Origin: Azolla caroliniana
Lineage: Eukaryota > Plantae > Polypodiophyta
DNA: 64,000 nucleotides
Direction: 5' to 3'
Assembly: GCA_043228905.1 (NCBI GenBank)
Contig: JBHGNT010000015.1
Location: 1,116,001-1,180,000 of the forward strand
Positions 54,735 through 64,000 of this stretch are shown piece by piece. The stretch's first letter is position 1. Every line of letters starts with the position of its first letter. The notes under the pieces were generated by a model. That model worked only from the letters and a program-made list of their open reading frames with translations, was not told the DNA's origin and made no database searches. A program made the translations under genes and the position numbers.

Positions 54735-55274
54735 TAACAACCTACAATGATTCAATTCGATTCGCGAGTGTCAAAACCGAACCGTTTAAAATTTTGAAAC
54801 TTGAACCGAACCAAACCACGAAACCATTTAAACCAAAACCGTTTTAACCGAACCATTACAAAATCCAAAGCGTTAAACCATTAAATCGTTAAAACCTTGG
54901 TTTCGTGGTTCGGTTTTGGTTTTTAAGTTGGGCCAAAATTCAACTTAAAAAAATTTCACTTATTTCAAATTTCCAATTTTTAGAAATTTAAAGATTTTTC
55001 CTTAAAATGTCAAAATTAAGCTAAAAAATGAAAAGGTTGTTTAAAAAAATATTTTTAAAAAAATCAATTGGCAACCCTAAAACATCAAATATTTTAAAAA
55101 AATGTGAGAATTAAGCTTAAAAAGGAAAAGGTTGTTTAAAAAAATATTAGAAATAATAATCAATTGGCAACCCTAAACCATCAAACCATTTTAACCACAT
55201 TTTCAAAACATTAAGCCGTTAGGCCACGGTTTTGTGGTTCAGTTCAGTTCAAACTGAACCGTTGTCGATTGTTA
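54735..55274. mobile_element. AACCG-rich MITE, copy B, with TIRs and 9-bp TSD
   Basis: TSD GGTATCATT at 54726-54734 and 55275-55283; TIRs TAACAACCTACAATG / CGTTGTCGATTGTTA. Confidence 0.85.
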
Positions 55275-57533
55275 GGTATCATTACAATCAATTAGTCATC
55301 TCCTATTCATTAAGTTAATTACCTCAACAACGTTCATTGTTTGCCTACTTTTCCATCTTGATACACATAGGAAGGGGAAATTCTATAACCTATTAAAAAA
55401 AAGTAAGAAGAAGTGATTACAATCATGATTCTACAAGAAAGTATTAACATAATGTAGGTTTTTTTAGACTCAAATGTGATAAATACTTGTATCGGATAAA
55501 TGTGGAGTTTCCACATGTAAAATTCATTTTGATAACTATGAATATAATTGCCATTTTTTAATCTATGTTGGTCATCTAACATACGTATTACCAAAAAGGG
55601 ACATAATTATACATAGATAGAACAATACTCATAATTAGGTTACTTGAAAGGACCCAATTATGGATCATTTGGGAATCACTACACAACTGCCATTTACTTT
55701 TTCAAAGGCAAAACAATGATTGCACAAAACCCTAAGCAAATAGAGCCTTGTATAAATTTGATTTCGTTTTTCATAACTATAATGTGGACTACCAACACAA
55801 ACTGTTTTGGGAAATGTAGACTATACATTTTCATGATTAACAAGATGCCATCGTAGAATGTAGCAATTGAATGCATGACCTTATAGTCTTTGTTGGACAA
55901 CCTTACCAAGTGAGCTAAAACCATTCGGCCATATGCAACCTTTAAATTAATGATCTCCCCCTTTTATAGTCTCAATATTGATGTTATTGCTTCGGTGCAA
56001 AAGAAAGGTAGCAATGTTGACTCATAAGATATAGCAAACCCGCCCACATTTAGTCAAAATTGCACAAACACAAGGAAATGGGTAAGAAAGAAGGGATACA
56101 AACTAGTGTAGTTGGTTTGGTAGTCCTTATACTATGATATCTAGTTATACTTGATCAAATGGCCAATGTGTTAAATATTGATCTCACTTCTATAAGTTAG
56201 GAAAAAACCACAATGGTTACATTCTTGACGAGGCCAAAGAATATGGGAGACAAAAATAAACCCACCCACCTGCTTCCCTTCATGGTGAGGGTATAGGATC
56301 AATATTCATAAGTGGGAACCAATGCCAATAACCTTTTGACCATAGACAAAAAAATTGTATTTCATAGTAGTGTTAAAATTCCATTATCTATAAAATGCAA
56401 GAATCAAGTATATGTTAAGATAGGTTTTCTTAGTCCTAACTCCAAATCATTATTGGTACAAGATTATCCACATCATAAAAGCTTTTAATTTACATATCTT
56501 GGATGTACACCTCAAGATGTTGAAAATCCTATCACCACAATGGAGGCTTGATCTTGTGTAGATTTCTTTATTGAAAATATGTATGGGCAAGTTGATTATT
56601 TCATTTTTATATATCATACATAGCGTCTATTCTTCCATAAGAGTTCATAATGTTGTCCATTTGTGTGGTATTTCCCCACGTATTCTATTTTTTGTGACCA
56701 ATTCTAAGGTATTGCATCTTTATTTGGTCACAACAACTCAATCTAGGAATGAGAAATAACTTAATTCCATTGGTGCAATGTTTTTTGTTAAGTTGTAGGC
56801 GCAAGGGATCTCCAACATGGTAACTACTCAAGATCATTTTTATGTCACCTTGTGTAGGACCTAAGAACATACAAACACCAAGGCTTTCTCAAATTTGTAG
56901 TGACATTATCATGCCAAAATGAAGCAAGAAACTCGAGCTTTTTGAGTTAATGAAGCGTTGATCCAAGCAAATCAACATGTTTGTTCAAGAAAATGATAAA
57001 TTAATCATTAGAAAAACTTGATTGTGTTAAAAATAATGACTAATTACTATTACATTGGTGATAGTCAATCCATGGTTTAACCTCAATTAATACCACTAAT
57101 CATCTGGTTATATTTTGGACATCTGGGTTAAATAATCATGTAACCACGTCCATATTAGACCAAAGGAGACATGTTTCTACTAATTAACTACTTGGACAAG
57201 AATAAACATATGTTCAACTTTGTGAAACATGTCGAAAACCTCGTATCGATCCAAATATGTACTATGCAAAAGAGGATACACCTGTTTTCTGGTATGAAAA
57301 CACATTTAGTCTTGGGTTATGTTTGGCTGAAAAATAAAAATTAATATACTTGATCATAACATGCCTAGTAGTTACAATGCATTATGCAAACTCAGTTGCA
57401 CAGATACAAGGGCTTAGTGAGAATTGGCAAATTCGCATATTGCCATAATGAGATAGAAACACAATTTCGCTTGTATTGATCACAAAAAAATACAAAAATA
57501 CAAAAATACAAAGGTGTCCTGATAGGATGTATG

Positions 57534-60500
57534 TTAGGAAGTTGACAATTGAAGAGGAGGAACCACAAGCTTTTGTGTGTTGTCTGGCATGGCTACTTGC
57601 ATACCATTTTTTGCGATTGTGTTTGCATTAGGAACAACATTCGCGTTAACCTCCGAAAATACTTGTCGCCACATTATCCTCCTCCGAAGTGGAACACATC
57701 CCTCCTCAATGGCATCAGACAATTTTCTTTTTATATTTGGGAACTGTTCATGCATCTCTCTTTGCTCAAATTCTGGTGATCCCACCATTGATTCAACATA
57801 GTTTGACCTCGAGTTCGAGTTCTTGGAGCTTTTTCCATCTCTCCATCCATTCTCCACTTCTTGAAATATCTGAAAATCCTCTGGCGAACGTTGTCTTTGG
57901 AGCTTAGATATGGCCCAACCTGGCAAGAATGCACTTATTACACCCAACACAAGAACCATCCAGAAACTTTCAGAAGTATACATCTTCATCCCAACATCGC
58001 TTAGTTCGTTGAAGATGCTGATTGACAATCCCATATAAGAAAGCAGAGATAGGAAAGCAAAGTAACTAAATATAGACATCACCCAAACGCACACAGTCGA
58101 CATCGCTGTCAAATTATTTGTGCACAACATTATCTTCAGATTGACCACGACGACAGCTAGTGTGTAAGACAACACACCCATATTGAATATCCCATTGGTT
58201 GCTCCATTTTGTCTACATACATGTGTAAAAAGAAGGCACTTAGAAATACACTATAAATCATGATGGTTATTTCTACATTTCCATTGGTTTGCATGGTGCA
58301 TTCTATATTAGAGCTGCTAAGTTAACTATGGTCAATGTAAGTTTTGAAACTTCTGAGTAATTTTTTTATTACTATTGTAAACATATGGTATGCATCTATG
58401 TATGCATGGTTAGATGTATGTATAAAATGCATGGATGGATGCATACATGCATGTATTGTATGGAAATTTGTATGTATGCTATGCATGTATAAATGCTTTA
58501 TGAAAAACTTTTGTTTTCATTGAGAGGGAGAGGAATTTCACCCTATAGTCTGTGTGGATGCCAATGGAAAGAAGAATACTACAATAGAATGCCAGAAAGC
58601 CGAGATCAACCAGCAACCAGCATCTCGAAAGAAATTTTGGATGTCATCTTGTTGTGTTTCCTTGTACAAATGAGGATTGGTCAATACAGTGTTTTGATTC
58701 ACATCTTGATCAAGGATTGAGAGAGCCATCGTGGGTAGGAATGTCCACAGAAGGTTGTACGTTGCTAACAATACATTAGGATAGAGAGATTGTGCCGAAA
58801 GTCCAGAATAAAAAGAGAAATAGCACTGTCCCATCACATAAACCATATTTTTGTAGATAAAATACATCACTAACAGCTTATTTCTTTTATAGGACCTGAA
58901 AGACAAGGGAGAATCATTAATTTACAATGAATCTATTATAAAACTCTATTTGAATTATTATGCCACACCAAGAATCTACATACAAATACATCAAGATTCA
59001 AATAAATCGGCAGAAAACTGACAGTTTAAATGTTTTATTATCTTAGATTCATTGACTAAGGTAAGGTATAAACCATCTTCCATGAATTAGGAGAAGCCTT
59101 GTCAAGAAACGAAACTGCCCAATCGAATAGTCACTAGCAAGAACAGCTCCATTACCCTCACGACCACTGATACCAACTCCAATATGTGCAGCTCTTATCA
59201 TTGCTACATCATTTGCTCCATCTCCAATAGCAAGAGTTACTGTCAAATTATTTTCCTTGACCATCTGTGTAACCTGAGAAATAGGAATCAATTATTTCCT
59301 TTTTCTTTTTTTGTACAACAATACACTGAACCTTTAACCATTTGAAAGTACCAATGCTTTCTGAAGAGGTGACACACGGCAGCAGAGAACAGTTCGACAT
59401 TTTTGGCATAATTGTAGAAAAGTCATCCTATTATTTTCCTCTAAAGCAACGGCTAAAGCATCGCCTTCAATAATAACAGCCATCTCTGCTGGTTCTGCAC
59501 AAGAACTCCACATTATATCAGTTTCAGGAATGGCATAAAAGTGGCTATTCACTGCACCACTTCTACTGCATGGCAGTACAGATGGGCTGCCACTTACAAC
59601 TAATAATTATCGGTTGCTGTAGGACACATGTAACAGAAAGCTAAAGATGACATTATCACTATATATGGTCATGTAATAGGTTAAGCCAGTTCCCATTTAG
59701 AATAGGAACGTGTTAAGCGAAATTAAAATAACTGAATGAACTCATGCAAGCAACACTTGATATTAAATCCAAACAGGTGGAAGAATATAAGTTGAGAAAA
59801 AATTGGTACAAGACTAAGTCGCCAGGGGAAAAACAAAGAAATCGAAACTAACAATAAAACTTCTGTCTACATTACCTGCACCACATGTATGATACGTCAG
59901 ACTATCTTTGAATTTGGTATTTTGCATTCATAGTGCACAGGAGAAGAGGTTTTTAAGCACACATTACCTTCAGATATTCTTGTATGTGTCAGCTTCCTGG
60001 CTTCTTCGAGCATATTATGGAGCATCTGAGGTACACTATTGGACGAAGATTCACATAGTAAGAAAATGTGCATAGAATCTGTCAAAAGGTTGCAGGCTAA
60101 CCCTACTGCAACCGATGTCTCAAGTTTATCACCTGTAAGGACCTGATTAATTTATTTACATCAACATTAGCATCACAAAATTCTTCCCAGATCATTTATT
60201 TAGCTAGCTGATTAACATCACTGAAGATTGCTTTCATCAAACTCATTAGATATACCCATAGTTTAATTCCTGCTTGTGCAAGAAGTGTCACACTCTCTTT
60301 CACACCATTCTGTAACTTGTCTTCAACGGCCGTTACACCAAGAAGTACCTGCTCAGTAAGAGGAAAGTCTCACTGAACACATGCATAAGATTAGAACTTC
60401 ATCTAATTATAAAGCTTTGGATTGAAGCCACAGAACACCTTGATTATAAAGCTTGGGATCCATACTAGGGCTTTGGATTCAAGTCACAGGACTTTCATGT

Positions 60501-63500
60501 TCTCATACCCTACTACAATGCAATTTACCTTATCGTACTTCATGGATGGCAGGTAACAAGAGGACAATCCCACTTAACATTTTGCTACCCATCAATTCAT
60601 AAGGTAATGCATACATTTGGTCTCATTCAACTTTTCATTGCTAATCTTTCATCTATGAGCATTTATCTGCCAACCATTTCACATTTGATTGAAAAGATTT
60701 GTCATATACCAACCATATCGCGTTCAATTGAATCTGTAGCTTCAGCTAACTTTTCTTCACGATCATCCAATGCAACACTTGCAGCTCGAAATTGGTACGC
60801 CCACTTTTCAAATTCATCTTCATCAATCTGCAAATGATTTTCCGTTTGTTTTCCAAAGAAATTTTTCATCCGTGCATATTGTGATTCACTACAAGATTGT
60901 GACTGTAATTCACTTACAAACATGATGGCATGGAGATGGGAAAATGGAGACAATAGCAATGAGAGGTTTCTACCAAATATTTTTTTACAGACCAATATAA
61001 AAGAAAGTATGTGGCAAACGCCAAGTCAGACGGAAAAATGGAAACGTCAAAAGGAGATTTCTATCAAATATTTTCCAACAAATCTATAGAAAAGAAAGGT
61101 TGTGGCAAACAAAGTCAAGTGATTATGTCGCAAAAAAACAAATGATACACCAATATGCCAAGCCCTACGCTTAATGCTGGTCCCTTGAGAGTGCAGATAC
61201 CCCCAGGTCATGGGCTGCCATCCTTGGATACAAAGAGGCATGAAGTGTGTTTGGTTTCTCATGATACTATCTCGTATTCCTCTTGCTTGGAAGATTTTCA
61301 AGTTAGGTGTGCCAATGCTATGTGAACATTTTTTGGCTCCACCACCAGATTATAGAACATGCAAGCTCTACGACATCCACCAGCCCTCACCATAGGCAAG
61401 TTAGATGGCACAGCAGATCAAGATCACAAAATCTTGGAATTCTTAAGGATATCATTCTTGGATTAGAACTGGAACTGGTACCAATGCCAAGATCAAGCAA
61501 TATGAAGTTCCCCATCTCTCCAGATGCAGCCATTAAGCAAGCTTGGAGACATAGGAATGCAGATGCATTTTGTGCTATTATTACAAGCTGCATACACTTC
61601 AGCCAATATCCCTATTATGGTAGTTTTTTCTGAATACTTAGCCAAAACTGGTGGCAGATCACCAGATCCCCAAGTAAGTGGTCTGTGAATGCAAAAAAGC
61701 AGCTAGACAATTCACAAGTTGTGATAGTATTTAGGTTTGTCATTCTTCCTAATAATATTTTCTGGCTACTTCTCAGACTTGCATGTGCCTTCAATTTTGC
61801 ACCCATGCTAGTGTTCCTATTGGCACATGAGTGAAAAAGCATGTTGAGAAAAATGCACCTGAATAATTTCAAAATCCCCTACCATAGTCTCTGGTTGCAC
61901 CCCCCATAAGGTCTTGTGAGAACTCTATCAGTTTATTTAAAATTCAAATCCTAAGACTTGAGGATGCAAACCATTTTGGTACATACAGTTGGAGTGCCCA
62001 AGTGCCAGTGGCTATCTATCTTTTGAGAGAGAGGATAAGAAGCCAGTCTTCATTGTGCATGCTTATCATACCCAATGTAGCAAATGAGCATTTGAGAACA
62101 TCGAGAATTGCTGATGTAAAGCCCCTTCACAAATATGATTACTTGGATTCATAGTTAGCATGTAGTGAATGCAACTCAAGGAGCATCATCCCCTCCCATG
62201 TTCACAACCACCACACCACCCCCTTCTTCAACAAATATCCTGACATACTTGCATAAATATGTATTTAGGTTGGTATTTCCATATCTAGATATGCAGGTAT
62301 ATCTGCATTGTTATGTGCGCCAGAATATTTGTAGGTTGTATGCATTTATGTTTGGGAAACATATATCATAGCTTCTGGCGATTAACAAAAGAGATGATAG
62401 CATGAAAGAAGCTTTTAACATCTTGGTCTCCTCTTGCTGCCTGACTCAAGCTCCCATAAATATACCACATAAAGAAATCCATCATAGAAGAAAAGAAACC
62501 CCTGGTTAGCCTTGAGAAGACGTGAAAAAATAAAAAAGAATGATTAGGGACATGCGTTCCAACCTATTGTTGTGCAACAACGGATGACGCAGCCAAAACA
62601 GCCTGGACAATATTTTGGATATGAGGGACAACAACAAAAACAGAATAATTCAAATTTTGGGTTGTGGGAGATATGCCATATAATTAAATATTAAAGACTG
62701 TAAAATGTTTATGCCACCTTAAAAGTAAAAATAATACAGAAAATAAAAAATTTAAAATCCACATCTGTGGCAGCACGCAAACGGCTCTAGACCCTATGCT
62801 CTACAACCATTCTCTAATCTACTAAGAAACTATCTCACTTTCCACGGCTGCCAGCCTTACCACCTACCTTAAGCCATTCCAGATCACGGCCACAAAGCCA
62901 AACCCATTTGTTGCTTCCTGCAAAATTGCTGTTCCTGTAGATGTTCACATTCATGTTCCAGGTGCCCGTGATTATAGCTTAAGTAACACATTAGCAAATA
63001 TGATAGGGAATGCCAACTAGAAATAATGTGTGTCATTATACCTCACGCTCTGCTATGCACAGAGTACGGTAACCAGCATGGGCAAATTGTTGCATATGCT
63101 TAAGACTAGTTTCTGCAATCCCACCTTGATCTTTTGCCAGACGTTTAAGAATCATAGTGTCTGCACCTTTGCAGTATAGCTTTATCCTGACCACAAAATC
63201 TGGTATTTATGACTTTGAAGCTTAAAGCAAAATTAGAGCAAATAATCATTGTGTGCATTTAAAAACTACCGTCCATTTGAATTTTTGCAAATGATGCTCA
63301 TCCTCTTTCTTTCACTGGTGAATTCTAAAACTGCCAAGATGGTGTGTGCTTCGGGAAACTGACCCTAAAAACAGTCAGGGAGACAATACTTCTTAGAAGA
63401 TTTCACCCAAGCCCCTCAAACAGTCATCACGTGTATTCTAACTGACTCACACACATATTCATTTATATATACACTGGTATAATGCAGTGCAAGTATATAC

Positions 63501-63731
63501 ATACTATGATGCAGTAAAAAATGAAGCAAATATATACATAGAATATAATTACAATGAATACCTACCCAGTAAATATTAATACATATCCCAAACACATGGA
63601 TACAAGAATGCAGAACATTACTCTGAAATAAAAACCACGGTCCATTAAATTTTCTATATTGGAACCTGGCATTCTGTTGTAAGCATGTCTGAATCCCGCC
63701 CAGTGAGCTGGAAACCACAAATAGCTGCTCC
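57534..63731 (-). CDS. P4-type ATPase phospholipid flippase (ALA family), 3' ten exons; 5' part lies beyond the window
   Basis: Exons 63731-63666, 63364-63270, 63186-63042, 60827-60714, 60348-60256, 60142-59968, 59494-59352, 59273-59074, 58895-58542 and 58212-57534. Motifs [43 protein letters not shown]. Confidence 0.94.
61000..61900 (+). mobile_element. Probable decayed LINE 3' remnant in a flippase intron
   Basis: Weak H-x-L-x-x-x-TG-like and C/H-rich remnants near 61450-61600 in the longest intron within the window. Confidence 0.3.
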
Positions 63732-64000
63732 CTAAAATAATCAAACATCTTATAAAGCATGAATAAAATAGTGTCATTGAAGGCCACTTTATAGATAGCT
63801 TGTAAGCATTCGAATAAAATGATGTAGTCATGCACTTGGAAACATATATCACTGTTGAACACTTCTCTTAAGCAAAAAAACATGAAATTTGGGCAATACT
63901 ACCAAAAACACATCATAATGCCCCAAAGATTCATAGGACGAACATGGAAAAGGAGGAACGGGATGCATATTCTATTGGGCATGGCATTGCATTAACTGCC

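Noticed and set aside
57196-57267. Matching right terminus for the hAT-like end at 47003
   Set aside because: Similarity is limited to a few short words, and the flanking 8-mers (GGTGCAAC versus CAAAAGAG) do not match.
63416-63883. Independent 155-aa and 96-aa ORFs
   Set aside because: The region is flippase intron plus one 66-bp flippase exon (63731-63666) in another frame.

Overview
Eukaryotic land-plant genomic DNA. The repeat and gene style suggests a fern-like or other large-genome plant (inference only). About two thirds of the window is transposon-derived: three Ty1/Copia segments at 1-9660, including an inverted same-family pair; a complete 10.2-kb non-chromovirus Ty3/Gypsy element at 15676-25837 (CTTAT TSD, 454-bp LTRs); a TSD-bounded L1-type LINE; RTE-type LINE fragments; solo LTRs; MITEs; and several tandem arrays. 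Host genes are an 11-exon USP-like-domain receptor-like cytoplasmic kinase (37100-41407, minus), the 3' ten exons of a P4-type phospholipid flippase (57534 to beyond the window, minus), a decayed CIR1-like fragment and an unidentified spliced ORF near 12.3-14.1 kb. The most notable observation is that the Gypsy element has no polypurine tract next to its 3' LTR. In its place is a tRNA-3'-half mimic (T-arm-like hairpin, acceptor strand and CCA) that mirrors the element's own tRNA primer-binding site. This suggests a non-canonical priming mechanism. The element also carries a ~1030-codon extra sense ORF.
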